A DNA stretch of 64,000 nt from an uncultured delta proteobacterium (GCA_963695875.1 CAVOID010000004.1:192001-256000), one strand, 5' to 3'; shown: positions 9,560-20,416, counted from the stretch's first letter. The notes: generated by a model from the sequence alone, not told the origin. A program made the numbers and translations.

Positions 9560-11470
9560 ATGAGTAAAGTAAATAGAGACTACAGTGTCCTCGCAACAGT
9601 CAATTTTCCTGATGATATCAGGAGGCTTGATCTTGTTCAGATGAACAGACTTGCCGGAGAGATCCGGGAAAAGATCATCGACACCGTTTCCAGAAATGGC
9701 GGTCATCTGGCTTCGTCTCTGGGAACGGTTGAATTGACGCTTGCAATTCACTACGTGTTTGATACTCCCAGGGACAAACTCATATGGGATGTGGGACATC
9801 AGGCCTATGCGCATAAAATAATAACTGGTCGCAAGGATTTGTTCCATACTCTAAGGAAGAAGGGGGGGATCAGTGGCTTCCCCCGGAGGGAGGAGAGTCC
9901 TTACGATGTATTCAATGCAGGACACAGCAGTACATCTATTTCTGCAGCAACAGGCATCGCGGAAGCGAGATGTCTTACTGGAGGGGACTTCAAGACTATC
10001 GCTGTTATCGGTGACGGTTCCATAGCGGCAGGAATGGCCTTTGAGGCTTTAAACTGGGCAGGAGACCGAAATAAGGACCTGATAATCATATTGAACGATA
10101 ATGAGCTGTGCATCTCGCCCAATGTGGGGGCCATGTCTTCCTATCTGAACCGCGTTATGACCGGTCATACGGTCACAAAATTCAAGACTGAGGTGAAGAA
10201 CTTTCTGAAGTCTATTCCTTCCATAGGGGAACAGATGGTGAAGTTTACTAAACAGATTGAGGAATCGCTCAAAGCTTTAGTTGTTCCCGGTGCCCTGTTT
10301 GAGGAACTGGGATTTACCTATGTCGGCCCTCTTGAGGGGCATCGTCTGGATAATCTTATCAGGAATCTGAAAAACGTGAGAGAGTTGCATGGTCCTGTTC
10401 TTGTGCACGTCATTACGAAGAAAGGTATGGGCTATAAATTTGCCGAGGACGATCCTGCAAAATTCCATGGCATTGCGCCTTTTAAGATCGATACAGGTGA
10501 GCCTCTTGCCAAAGACCATACACCGCTGTCTTACACAAAAATGTTCGGGAGAACGATTATAAAACTGGCCCGTTATAATCCTCTGATTGTCGCCGTAACA
10601 GCCGCCATGAGGGAAGGTACGGGGCTTGATGAGTTTGCTGGGGAATACGCCGAGCGCTTCTATGACGTAGGCATGGCTGAACAACATGGTGTGACCTTCG
10701 CTGCCGGTCTTGCGACGGGAGGATTGATTCCGGTGGTGGCTATTTATTCGACATTTATGCAACGTGCATATGATCAGATCCTTCATGATGTCTGTCTGCA
10801 GAATCTGCCGGTTGTATTTGCTCTCGATCGGGGAGGCTTTGTGGGATCTGATGGCCCTACCCATCATGGACTCTTTGACTATTCCTATCTGCGTTCTATC
10901 CCGAATATTATTGTGATGGCCCCCAAGGACGAAAATGAACTCCAGCATATGCTGAAAACTGCTGTTGAGTGCGGCGGGCCTGTTTCGATAAGATATCCCC
11001 GTGGTAGAGGAGTTGGCGTGCCCATCGATGATCTTCCCGTTTCTCTTGATATCGGAAAGGGTGAAATTGTCTATGATGCGGAAGATGCTGCTCTGGCCAT
11101 CATTGCCATCGGTTCCACGGTTTATCCTGCCATTGCCGCTGCCCTTGAACTTAAGGACGAAGGGATGAATGTACAGGTTCTTAATGCCCGATTCGTCAAA
11201 CCCCTTGATGAAAAACTGCTGTGTGATACGGCAAAGTCCCTTAAGAGAATCATAACTGTTGAAGAAAATGTTCTGATGGGAGGGTTCGGTAGTGCTATAC
11301 TGGAGTTGTTTGAAAAACGGGGCATCCGTAACATTACCGTAAAAAGAATCGGTATTAAGGACGAATTCGTAGAACATGCTTCACAGGCTGAGTTGAGAAG
11401 GATGTGCGGCATAGATGAAGAGGGTATCATGGAAGCCGCGCGGCACATGATGGGCAAAGGGAAGCAATAG
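9560..11470 (+). CDS. dxs: 1-deoxy-D-xylulose-5-phosphate synthase
   Basis: GGHLASSLG, DVGHQAY, GHSSTSIS, GDG..NDN TPP motif, DRGG, DGPTHHG, IRYPRG. Confidence 0.98.
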   Translation: MSKVNRDYSVLATVNFPDDIRRLDLVQMNRLAGEIREKIIDTVSRNGGHLASSLGTVELTLAIHYVFDTPRDKLIWDVGHQAYAHKIITGRKDLFHTLRKKGGISGFPRREESPYDVFNAGHSSTSISAATGIAEARCLTGGDFKTIAVIGDGSIAAGMAFEALNWAGDRNKDLIIILNDNELCISPNVGAMSSYLNRVMTGHTVTKFKTEVKNFLKSIPSIGEQMVKFTKQIEESLKALVVPGALFEELGFTYVGPLEGHRLDNLIRNLKNVRELHGPVLVHVITKKGMGYKFAEDDPAKFHGIAPFKIDTGEPLAKDHTPLSYTKMFGRTIIKLARYNPLIVAVTAAMREGTGLDEFAGEYAERFYDVGMAEQHGVTFAAGLATGGLIPVVAIYSTFMQRAYDQILHDVCLQNLPVVFALDRGGFVGSDGPTHHGLFDYSYLRSIPNIIVMAPKDENELQHMLKTAVECGGPVSIRYPRGRGVGVPIDDLPVSLDIGKGEIVYDAEDAALAIIAIGSTVYPAIAAALELKDEGMNVQVLNARFVKPLDEKLLCDTAKSLKRIITVEENVLMGGFGSAILELFEKRGIRNITVKRIGIKDEFVEHASQAELRRMCGIDEEGIMEAARHMMGKGKQ

Positions 11471-11494
11471 ATGTCATACCGCTTATGATGTCCT

Positions 11495-11658
11495 CGGGAA
11501 ATAAGTTCATCCGCGCTCAGAATCTTGTTTCGACCATACTCCACCTCGCTTTACTGACAACGCAAAAGCTCATGCTGCACACTCAAACACTTGCGTTTGT
11601 GATCGTTTCGCTACGGTGGACGTGGTACCCGAAAAATTGAAGCTCAAAGAGCTTCCCG
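11495..11658. repeat. Long imperfect intergenic palindrome (REP/MITE-like)
   Basis: Nested complementary segments CGGGAA/TTCCCG, ACCAT..TCCACC/GGTGGA.GTGGT and ACAACGCAA/TTGCGTTTGT inside the dxs-tlyA spacer. Confidence 0.5.
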
Positions 11659-11778
11659 GAAAAGAAGATGGTTATTATCTATTGCGCCCCTTACCCTGCA
11701 CTGCAGTGTGGCAGGAAGCGATCGAGGCCTTCACTCCGCGCGTCATGAACCCATTTTCTATTTTTTAAGAGTCATCTC

Positions 11779-12525
11779 GTGGGCGTCAAAATCAAGAAAG
11801 TCAGATTGGACAGGTTACTCGTCGATATGGATATCTGTCTGACATGCGAAAGAGCCAGGGCGCTTATTATGTCAGGGGCAGTGCTCGTGGGAGATACGAG
11901 GATGGACAAGGCAGGTACCCTCGTATCCCCGGATGCAGATGTAAGGATTGAAGGAGAGGATAATCTATACGTCAGCAGGGGAGGAGTGAAGCTAAAAGGT
12001 GCCCTCCAGGCATTTGATATCAATGTCAGGGATATGGTCGTTCTAGATGTGGGAGCCTCCACAGGTGGGTTTACTGATTGTCTTCTTCAGGAAGGGGCAA
12101 GGAAAGTCTATGCCCTTGATGTCGGTTACGGTCAGTTAGCGTGGAGACTGCGGATGGATGAACGGGTAGTTTGCATAGAGCGCACGAACATCCGGTACTT
12201 TAAAGGTGTGGAAATTAAGGAATCCATTGACATGGTAACTATTGATACGTCGTTTATTTCTCTCAAACTTGTTGTTCCTGCCGTACTTAAGGTGAGCAAA
12301 AAAAATGACGCGATTATCCTTGCCCTTATTAAACCCCAGTTTGAAGCCGGACGAGAGGAGATTGAGAAACGTGGTGTGGTAAGAAATCCTGAGGTTCATA
12401 AGCAGGTAGTAGAAGGCATAAAGGAATTCTGCGTGGGATTGGGATTGAATATTATGGGAGTCTGTGAATCCCCTCTTACGGGTCCTAAAGGTAACAAAGA
12501 GTTTTTTATGTATTTAAGAAAATAG
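11779..12525 (+). CDS. tlyA: TlyA family rRNA methyltransferase
   Basis: S4 domain (RLD), YVSRGGVKL, LDVGASTGGFTD, DVGYGQL, LIKPQFE, GPKGNKEF. Confidence 0.95.
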   Translation: MGVKIKKVRLDRLLVDMDICLTCERARALIMSGAVLVGDTRMDKAGTLVSPDADVRIEGEDNLYVSRGGVKLKGALQAFDINVRDMVVLDVGASTGGFTDCLLQEGARKVYALDVGYGQLAWRLRMDERVVCIERTNIRYFKGVEIKESIDMVTIDTSFISLKLVVPAVLKVSKKNDAIILALIKPQFEAGREEIEKRGVVRNPEVHKQVVEGIKEFCVGLGLNIMGVCESPLTGPKGNKEFFMYLRK

Positions 12526-12608
12526 TAAGAAAATAGGTACTGAGGCCTATTTTCTCTCGTTCCAAAGAAACATAATGTCGCAAATAAAATATAGGTTACA
12601 AGACATAA

Positions 12609-14353
12609 ATGGGCGTTAAGCTGGCCAAAACCGCAGGATTTTGCATGGGCGTCAGAAGAGCTGTCGATCTGGTTCTCGACATTGCCCAGCGCAAGGGAAA
12701 AGAAAATGTCTATACATATGGACCCCTGATTCACAATCCTCAGACTATCGAACTCCTCAGGACGAGAGGCATTATACCGATAAGTAATGTCGATGATATT
12801 GATGCTTCCAATAAAGGATCCACGATCATAATCAGAGCCCACGGTATATCACCCGAAGAAAGAAAAAAAATCAAGGAGAAGGGATTCAAAATCATTGATG
12901 CCACATGCCCTAAAGTGGCTCATGTCCAAGCAATTATTAAGAAGCACGTATCGCTGGATTATACTGTTCTTATTATTGGTGACAGGGAACATCCGGAGGT
13001 TAATGGTCTTTTAGGCTATGCCTATGGCAAAGGTATCGTTATAGGCAGCGCTGAAGAAATTGAAAGTCTTCCTTTCACGGATAAGGTTTGTGTTGTTGCT
13101 CAGACCACGCAGAGTATGGATGAATTCATTGATATTGTAGACAGGATCAAAGCGAAATTTTCTGACACTGTCGTCTTCAATACCATTTGCGATTCTACAG
13201 AAAAAAGGCAGGCAGAAGTGAAACGTCTAGCCGAAGAGATGAATGCTATATTTATTGTCGGCGGCAGGAACAGTGCAAACACAAAACGGCTGGTCAGGAT
13301 TTCAGAGCTTCAGGGTAAGCCGACATTTCATATTGAAACGGTGGATGAATTAAAAGAAATTCCCATAAGCCTCTATGAGAAGATTGGTATATCCGCCGGG
13401 GCATCAACACCAAACTGGATTATAGACCGGGTTTTCGACAGCATTATCAGTCACCAGCGTGAAAAAAGTAAGAAGGTTAGAAAGATATTTAAATTTTGGA
13501 TGTTTACCGTTAAAACGGATATCTATTCCGCTGTTGGGGCCGGATGTCTCTCACTTGCAAGTATGCTTTTGCAGAGACTTGATGTGGATGTTTTGAATAT
13601 TATGATAACATCTTTTTATGTATACGCCATGCATGCCCTCAATCGGCTTATAGACAGAAAAGCAAGTACTATAATCGGTTCATTTAGAGAAGAGTCATAT
13701 CGAAAACATGAAAAGACTTATATATTTGTCGCCATAGTGTCTATGGTCCTTGCTTTGATATGTTCCTTCCTCTCAGGGATAAATGCCTTTATATTGCTCT
13801 CTTTAGTTTCAGTGCTTGGTGTACTCTATAATGCGAGAATACTGCCGGAGTATTGGCGCTTTAAAAGTCTAAAAGATTTCCCTGGTTCAAAGAACATATC
13901 AACTGCTATGGCGTGGGCTTCGGTAGCAGCGTGCTTCCTCAGTTTGAAATCAGTGTTTCCGTTACTCCCGGCATGGTAGTTGCGTTTCTTTTTACTTTTG
14001 GGATTGTCTTTGTCTGCTCGGCAATGTCTGATACGCTGGACGTTCAGAGTGACAGACTAATCGGGAGAGAAACGATTCCTGTCCTCATCGGGAAAAAACG
14101 TACCCAAATTCTTTTAAACGGGATACTCATTTTACTATTCATTCTGCTCATTATTTCCGGCTACTTCGTGTGGACTTCTTCAGTAAGTTTTGCCCTGCTG
14201 ACGTGCATTTTTTTTGTATGGATTTATTTTAAGCTTTATGATAGAAGGTCGGCGTTTTCCGGAGTGGTTCAGGGAGGTGTCCTTGAAACCACTTATATTT
14301 TAGCGGGCTTAAGTTCCCTCATATGGCTCTATTTAACTAAGTTGCCTGATTGA
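12609..14353 (+). CDS. ispH: IspH (HMBPP reductase) fused to a UbiA-like membrane prenyltransferase domain (one -1 frameshift near 13930)
   Basis: AGFCMGV, IHN, RAHG, DATCPKV, QTT, TICDST, SANT, AGASTP, then multi-TM region with NRLID, KN and DTLDVQSD..G.ETIP motifs across ORFs 12609..13979 and 13913..14353. Confidence 0.88.
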
Positions 14354-14378
14354 GTTAATCTCAGGGGGTACCGTTGTA

Positions 14379-14966
14379 ATGAAAAGAATGTGTATACTTT
14401 CTTCAGTGGTGCTTCTGATCATTACATTTTTTGGTTGCAGCGGACTTCGCTATTCTCAGGTTACCCCGGAAGCAAAGGATTATCATCCCAAAAGAGTTGG
14501 AGTGTTTCCTGTTGATGTAGGGACATATGAAGAGGCGAGGGGGGTCATTGATCAGATCATCGCAGATGTTCTTGTTGACAAAGGGTGGTTTACGGACGTT
14601 GTCACAGCCGATACGATAAGTAACCAGATTCAGACTAATGAGGAACTTCGGAAGGTTTACCTTGATTACATTTCCAAGCTTAAAGCGGTCAATTTTTCTG
14701 ATCCTGGGCTGAGTAAAAAGATCGGTGAAATAACTAAAGTCGATGCCTTCTTAATTGCCAATGTGGACTACTGGAATTACACGAAGGCAAACGATGACAA
14801 TGTGGCCAAGGTGGACATCGGAATTAAGATGGTTGATGCTTCTTCGGGTATAATTCTCTGGAAAGCGGGTCATCACGAAGTAGGAAGTTATATGCTTATC
14901 AAGCCGAAACTTCCTGACGTGGCGAGGGACCTTGTCAGGAAGCTGATAAAAGAAATGCCCCATTGA
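14379..14966 (+). CDS. Putative lipoprotein (DUF799/LpoB-like fold)
   Basis: Signal peptide ending in FGC. C-terminal V.IGIKMVDA.SG.ILWK pattern. Confidence 0.65.
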   Translation: MKRMCILSSVVLLIITFFGCSGLRYSQVTPEAKDYHPKRVGVFPVDVGTYEEARGVIDQIIADVLVDKGWFTDVVTADTISNQIQTNEELRKVYLDYISKLKAVNFSDPGLSKKIGEITKVDAFLIANVDYWNYTKANDDNVAKVDIGIKMVDASSGIILWKAGHHEVGSYMLIKPKLPDVARDLVRKLIKEMPH

Positions 14967-15053
14967 AAAGGGAGCATATAATTAAAGACTAAGGGCAAAC
15001 TCTTTGATCTTGCACCGTTAGCCTTTGATAGCGTTAAAAATGGAGGTCATATT

Positions 15054-15278
15054 ATGAAGGAGAAAGTGCGCAGTGCCATAGAGCGTATCAGACCGAATCT
15101 TCAGGCTGACGGGGGAGATGTTGAGCTTGTTGATGTCAATGATGAAGGTATTGTCAAGGTAAAACTGCTGGGGGCCTGTCATGGTTGCCCCATGTCGCAA
15201 ATGACCCTGAAGATGGGTATACAGAAGTATCTGCAAAAAGAAGTTCCGGGAGTAAAAGAGGTTGTTTCTGTAGCGTAA
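15054..15278 (+). CDS. NifU C-terminal (Nfu-type) Fe-S carrier
   Basis: [28 protein letters not shown]. Confidence 0.93.
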   Translation: MKEKVRSAIERIRPNLQADGGDVELVDVNDEGIVKVKLLGACHGCPMSQMTLKMGIQKYLQKEVPGVKEVVSVA

Positions 15279-15358
15279 ATTTAAAAAAGAAGCTCTTTTA
15301 AAATAACAAAAGGGCAGCTTAGAGCTTCTTCACGAGGCCGATAAAAATAAAAAGATAA

Positions 15359-15550
<192 letters not shown>

Positions 15551-15577
15551 AATCATACCCGGTAATTAAGACCAAAA

Positions 15578-15631
15578 AGGGGAAACCATCCACCTTAGCG
15601 ACAGGAGGGTGTTTTCCCCTCTTCTTTTTTT
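15578..15631 (+). terminator. Rho-independent terminator after ferredoxin
   Basis: AGGGGAAA.CATCC / GGGTG.TTTCCCCT stem followed by a T-run. Confidence 0.7.
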
Positions 15632-15787
15632 ACTAAGGTTCGGCCAAATCTGACGTAGAAGTAAATTCGGCGATTCGTCGGGAACGGTGCCAAAATTCTG
15701 TATTCTAAACAAATCCATATCAATAAAGTATTTTTTATGTATTATAATTAGTTTATTTCACATGGGGACAGCATTACGGGGATTCTT

Positions 15788-16444
15788 ATGGAAATGGGAC
15801 GATTTATTTCGTTTGAAGGTATTGAGGGTTGTGGAAAAACCACCCAGATTAAGCTTGCAGGAGAATATTTAAAACAAAGCCATATCCCTATTATAATTAC
15901 TGAAGAACCGGGGGGAACTCCTATCGGAAGAAGGATCAGAGAGATTCTTTTAAACAAAGGATCCGGTGAGGAGATTTGTAAAGAAACGGAGATGCTTCTT
16001 TTTTCCGCGGCGAGAGCCCAGCATGTTAGGAATGTGATAATCCCGGCACTGAAGGATGGAACGCTAGTTTTATGTGACCGGTTTTATGATGCAACGATTG
16101 CCTACCAGGGTTTCGGCAGGGGATTAGACATCAATTTTATCAGGTATCTTAATGATTTTTCCGCATCTGATCTAAAACCCGGCTTAACCCTTCTATTTGA
16201 TCTGCCGGTCGAGGTTGGTTTGAAAAGGGCCATGCATAGAATATCCCATATGAAGGAGGGTTCGGCGGAAGATCGGTTTGAAAGGGAGAATTTGGAATTT
16301 CATAGAAAGGTTAGAGAAGGTTATCTTTCCATAGCTGGACAGGATAAAGAACGGTTCAGGATCATCGACAGTACAAGAGATATAGAAACAATCCATAGTG
16401 AAGTATGTATCCACCTTTCTGAATTCATAAACAAAAAACTATAG
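15788..16444 (+). CDS. tmk: Thymidylate kinase
   Basis: FEGIEGCGKTTQ, EPGGT, LCDRF, AYQGFGRG, DRFE. Confidence 0.96.
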   Translation: MEMGRFISFEGIEGCGKTTQIKLAGEYLKQSHIPIIITEEPGGTPIGRRIREILLNKGSGEEICKETEMLLFSAARAQHVRNVIIPALKDGTLVLCDRFYDATIAYQGFGRGLDINFIRYLNDFSASDLKPGLTLLFDLPVEVGLKRAMHRISHMKEGSAEDRFERENLEFHRKVREGYLSIAGQDKERFRIIDSTRDIETIHSEVCIHLSEFINKKL

Positions 16445-16449
16445 ACACG

Positions 16450-16557
16450 AAATCCTAAATTCTAAACAATATTTAAACTCTAATGTTAAAACTATCAGAC
16501 TTTTGATATTAGGGTTTAGAATAGGGTTTAGAATTTAGAGTTTTGAATTTAGGATTT
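16450..16557. repeat. Inverted array of degenerate heptamer repeats
   Basis: AAATCCTAAATTC at 16450 and its exact reverse complement GAATTTAGGATTT at 16545, plus internal TTTAGAA/TTTAGAG units. Confidence 0.6.
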
Positions 16558-16565
16558 TGAAATAT

Positions 16566-17555
16566 ATGTCTTTCAAAGATATTTATGGTCATGAAAAACA
16601 GATTAGCGTCCTTCAAACAGCAGTGGCAAGGGATCGTATTCCCCACGCTTATCTTTTTTACGGCATGGAAGGCATCGGAAAGAGGACAGTGGCAGAGGTC
16701 TTTGCCAAAGCCCTGAATTGCAAAAGTGGAAGAGACATCCTTGACGCATGTGATACGTGTGCGTCATGTCTAAAGATAGATCGTGGGAATCATCCCGATG
16801 TCGTTACAATAAAGGCTGAAGGGCAATTTATAAGAGTTAAGGAGATCAGAGAACTCCAGGAACAGATGAAGTTCAGGCCATTTGAAGGGGGGACGCGGAT
16901 CTTTATCATCTTAGACGCTGATAAAATGAATATCGTTTCGGCAAATGCCCTCTTGAAGACACTTGAAGAGCCGTCGGCATCCAATATATTGATATTGATC
17001 ACATCACGCCTTCATCTGCTTCCCGTGACTATTCTATCCCGGTGCCAGCATTTGAGGTTTAATCCTCTACGACAAGAAACCATTGCCTTATACATACAGG
17101 AAAAATTATCAATGGATCACAAATCCTCTTATTTGATTTCTTTGTCATCCGGCGGGAGCATCGAAAAGGCGCTGGCTTTGAAGGATGATTCCTACCTGAT
17201 AATGAGGAAAGCAATCCTTGACATAATGTCAAAAATCAAGACTAAAGATCCTCTCGGGTTGTTATCCGTCGCAAATGATTTTGGACAGGAAAGACAAGAA
17301 ATAACAGAAAGACTCAGCATTTTAATGATGGGTTACAGAGATGTGCTGCTTTATAAAGAAACCGGTGAAACGGAACGTGTTATCAATCAGGATCACATAG
17401 ACATTATAAAATCTTTTGCCGAGAGGATATCAGGGGAAAATATTCTGAATAGCATAAAAGCGGTAGAGCGGGCTTTCCATGCTATAAATCAGAACGCCAA
17501 TAAACAATTGACTTTGGAGACGATGGTGTTTAAACTTAGCAGGTATTGTGAATGA
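16566..17555 (+). CDS. holB: DNA polymerase III subunit delta'
   Basis: HAYLFYG..GIGK, zinc motif C..CDTCASC, HPD, ANALLKTLEEP, TILSRC. Follows tmk. Confidence 0.95.
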   Translation: MSFKDIYGHEKQISVLQTAVARDRIPHAYLFYGMEGIGKRTVAEVFAKALNCKSGRDILDACDTCASCLKIDRGNHPDVVTIKAEGQFIRVKEIRELQEQMKFRPFEGGTRIFIILDADKMNIVSANALLKTLEEPSASNILILITSRLHLLPVTILSRCQHLRFNPLRQETIALYIQEKLSMDHKSSYLISLSSGGSIEKALALKDDSYLIMRKAILDIMSKIKTKDPLGLLSVANDFGQERQEITERLSILMMGYRDVLLYKETGETERVINQDHIDIIKSFAERISGENILNSIKAVERAFHAINQNANKQLTLETMVFKLSRYCE

Positions 17556-17604
17556 TTGAATTTTTTGTCATTTACGAGATCATTGGAAAAAGGAGTAAGT
17601 CAAT

Positions 17605-18393
17605 CTGAAAAATATTGTCGGGATAAAGTTTAGAAAAGATGGAAAGATATACAGCTTTGATGCCTCTGGTCTCCAGTTGGAAAAGAACGATCAGGTGATT
17701 GTCAATACTGAAAATGGAATGTTATTGGGCACAGTTATTACGGATGTGAAGCCCGTGCCAATTTATCAACTGCCGGTCAACCTTAAAAGCGTTGTTCGTA
17801 AAGCTACTGAGGAGGATTTGAGAGTCAGAAAGGAGAATGAAATACTGGAACAGGAGTCCCGTCAATTCTGCCTGGAAAAAATCAGAGAACGTAATCTTCC
17901 CATGAAGCTGATTGATGTCGAATGTCTTTTTGATAAGAGTCAGATAATTTTCTATTTCACCGCGGAAAACCGGGTAGATTTCAGAGAGCTTATTAAGGAC
18001 CTTGTCCAGCGGTTCAAGATAAGGATTGAATTGAGGCAGATTGGCGCCAGGCATGAGGCCAGGATGATAAAAGGGTTGGGGATCTGCGGCAGAGAAGTAT
18101 GCTGTGCTAATTTGATACCTAATCTAGACCGGGTTTCTGTCAAGATGGCAAAAGAACAGAGTGTGTCTTTAAATCCGGAAAAGATTTCAGGACTCTGCGG
18201 CAGGTTAATGTGTTGTCTGGCCTTTGAATTTGACGGATACCAGGATATGAAAAAAAACATACCAAAGTGTGGAAAGATTATAAACACTGCTGAAGGACGC
18301 GGCAAGGTCATAAGGCAGAATATACTTAAGGGTGAAGTAGTCGTAGAGCTGGAAAGCGGTAAGGAAATTACCGTCAAGATGGAAAATTTGTAA
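17605..18393 (+). CDS. PSP1/YaaT (RicT)-family protein; apparent CTG start
   Basis: RVDFRELIKDL, RIELRQIG, GICGREVCC, KISGLCGRLMCCL. The conserved N-terminus (IVGIKFRKDGKIYSF) extends upstream of the tracked TTG to a CTG at 17605 after an AAGGAG RBS. Confidence 0.88.
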   Translation: MKNIVGIKFRKDGKIYSFDASGLQLEKNDQVIVNTENGMLLGTVITDVKPVPIYQLPVNLKSVVRKATEEDLRVRKENEILEQESRQFCLEKIRERNLPMKLIDVECLFDKSQIIFYFTAENRVDFRELIKDLVQRFKIRIELRQIGARHEARMIKGLGICGREVCCANLIPNLDRVSVKMAKEQSVSLNPEKISGLCGRLMCCLAFEFDGYQDMKKNIPKCGKIINTAEGRGKVIRQNILKGEVVVELESGKEITVKMENL

Positions 18394-18445
18394 GTGTAAG
18401 ATACTCTCTGCTTGTGCCGACAGCTATTTGAAAGAGGAATTATTA

Positions 18446-20353
18446 GTGGAGAATACATATTTTATTACAACACCGATATACTATGTCAATGCCTCACCCC
18501 ATATAGGCCATGCCTATACGACTATTGTTGCCGATGTTTTGGCCAGATACCATCGCCTGTCCGGATACAGGACATTTTTTCTAACCGGCACGGATGAGCA
18601 TGGTGACAAGATAGTTGAGGCTGCCGAGAAAGCCAATACAACGCCTAAAGACTATGCAGATCGTATCAGTGCCCAGTTCAGAGGCCTGTGGCCGGAGCTC
18701 GCCATAACCAATGATTATTTTATCAGGACTACCGATCCCAATCACATTGAGACGGTTAGATTCATCATGCAGAAGGTCTATGATGCCGGGGATATCTACT
18801 TTGGAAAATATGAGGGATACTACTGTGTCGGTTGTGAGCGATTCTATATGGAGAAAGAACTGGTGAATGGGCTCTGCCCTGATCATCAAATAGCTCCGGA
18901 GTATCGTGAAGAGAGCAATTACTTTTTCAGGATGAGCAAATATCAGGATTGGCTGATAAAACATATCAAGGATAATCCTGATTTTATCAGGCCGGAACGT
19001 TACAAAAACGAGGTACTTGCCTTTTTAAGGGAGCCTTTGGAAGATTTGTGCATATCGAGACCGAAAAGCAGACTGAACTGGGGTATAACAATCCCATTTG
19101 ATGAAGAATATGTAACCTACGTCTGGTTTGATGCCCTCATCAACTATGTTACAGGATTGGGTTATCCGGATGGCGAAAATTTCCGGATATTCTGGCCTCA
19201 TGCCGAGCACCTTATCGCGAAGGATATTCTCAAACCGCACGGCATCTACTGGCCCACCATGCTGAAGGCAGCCGGCATCGAACCGTACCGGCATCTAAAT
19301 GTCCATGGCTACTGGGTCGTTGACCAGAGTAAAATGTCCAAAAGCCTCGGCAATGTGATCAAGCCCCTAGACCTGAAGGATAAATACGGCCTTGATCCCT
19401 TCCGGTATTTTCTCCTCCGCGAGATGGTTTTCGGCCTTGATTCCAGCTTCAGCGAAGAGAATTTCGTCCAGAGGATAAACTCCGATCTGGCCAATGATCT
19501 TGGCAATCTGGTGAGCAGAACCATGACTATGGCGATGAAATACTGCGCCGGGAAGGTTCCTGAAGTCCCTTCACCATTCGAAGAAGACCGGCTGCTCAAG
19601 GAGGCGGCAGGTAGAGCCGTTGCCGAGGTGGAGAGCTGCTTTCAGGATCTCGTTCTTCATAAGGCCTTGATTGCCATATGGGATTTTATCAATGTGACCA
19701 ATAAATACATCGTAGAGCAGGAGCCATGGAAACTTGCTGCGCAGGATGCCGTAATTAAGACCCGACTGAAAACTGTTATCTACAATCTCCTGGAATCACT
19801 CCGAATCACTGCAGTCTTGATTTCGCCCTTCATGCCCGGTTCGGCACAGAAGATTTCGGATCAATTGGGTATAACGAGTTCAGCTTCACAAGGTTTTGAG
19901 AGTATACGCGTCTGGGGGGGGCTCACTCCAGGAAATAATCTGAATAGAGCCGATGCGCTCTTTCCGAGGGTCAAATACGAAGAAGAAAAGGAAAAAACAG
20001 AGATGAAGGACTATGTGATTCAGCCTGTAAAACCGTTAATCGATTATGAGGATTTTGAAAAGGTGGACATTCGTGTTGCAAAAATCATTGGGGCAGAGGC
20101 TGTACCAAAATCCAACAAACTCCTGAAGTTGAAGATCGATATGGGCGAAGAAAGAACTATCGTAGCCGGTATAGCAAAGGATTGCAAACCAGAGGATCTC
20201 ATCGGTAAAAAGATTGTCATTGTGGCAAATCTGAAACCGACGAAGTTAATGGGTGTTGAGTCGCAGGGCATGCTCCTTGCGGCCGAAACGGAAGATGGTC
20301 TGACACTCCTGTCTTTTAATAAAGACCCCATTACCGGGGCAAAAATCCGGTAA
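18446..20353 (+). CDS. metG: Methionine--tRNA ligase with C-terminal tRNA-binding domain
   Basis: HIGH, GTDEHG, YVWFDAL, KMSKS, C-terminal NLKP..LMGVESQGM. Confidence 0.98.
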   Translation: MENTYFITTPIYYVNASPHIGHAYTTIVADVLARYHRLSGYRTFFLTGTDEHGDKIVEAAEKANTTPKDYADRISAQFRGLWPELAITNDYFIRTTDPNHIETVRFIMQKVYDAGDIYFGKYEGYYCVGCERFYMEKELVNGLCPDHQIAPEYREESNYFFRMSKYQDWLIKHIKDNPDFIRPERYKNEVLAFLREPLEDLCISRPKSRLNWGITIPFDEEYVTYVWFDALINYVTGLGYPDGENFRIFWPHAEHLIAKDILKPHGIYWPTMLKAAGIEPYRHLNVHGYWVVDQSKMSKSLGNVIKPLDLKDKYGLDPFRYFLLREMVFGLDSSFSEENFVQRINSDLANDLGNLVSRTMTMAMKYCAGKVPEVPSPFEEDRLLKEAAGRAVAEVESCFQDLVLHKALIAIWDFINVTNKYIVEQEPWKLAAQDAVIKTRLKTVIYNLLESLRITAVLISPFMPGSAQKISDQLGITSSASQGFESIRVWGGLTPGNNLNRADALFPRVKYEEEKEKTEMKDYVIQPVKPLIDYEDFEKVDIRVAKIIGAEAVPKSNKLLKLKIDMGEERTIVAGIAKDCKPEDLIGKKIVIVANLKPTKLMGVESQGMLLAAETEDGLTLLSFNKDPITGAKIR

Positions 20354-20416
20354 GCATGATTATTAACGCAGGTTCCCGTATGTCACTGTACTTCCCTTCG
20401 GGGATGGATTCCCGGC

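Noticed and set aside
10277..11377. 366-aa minus-strand ORF, and similar long antisense ORFs at 26936..27967, 46575..47693 and 47712..48356
   Set aside because: Antisense shadows of well-supported genes, with no motifs.
16450..16557. CRISPR array or telomere-like repeat
   Set aside because: Units are degenerate 7-mers without spacers, and no cas genes are present.
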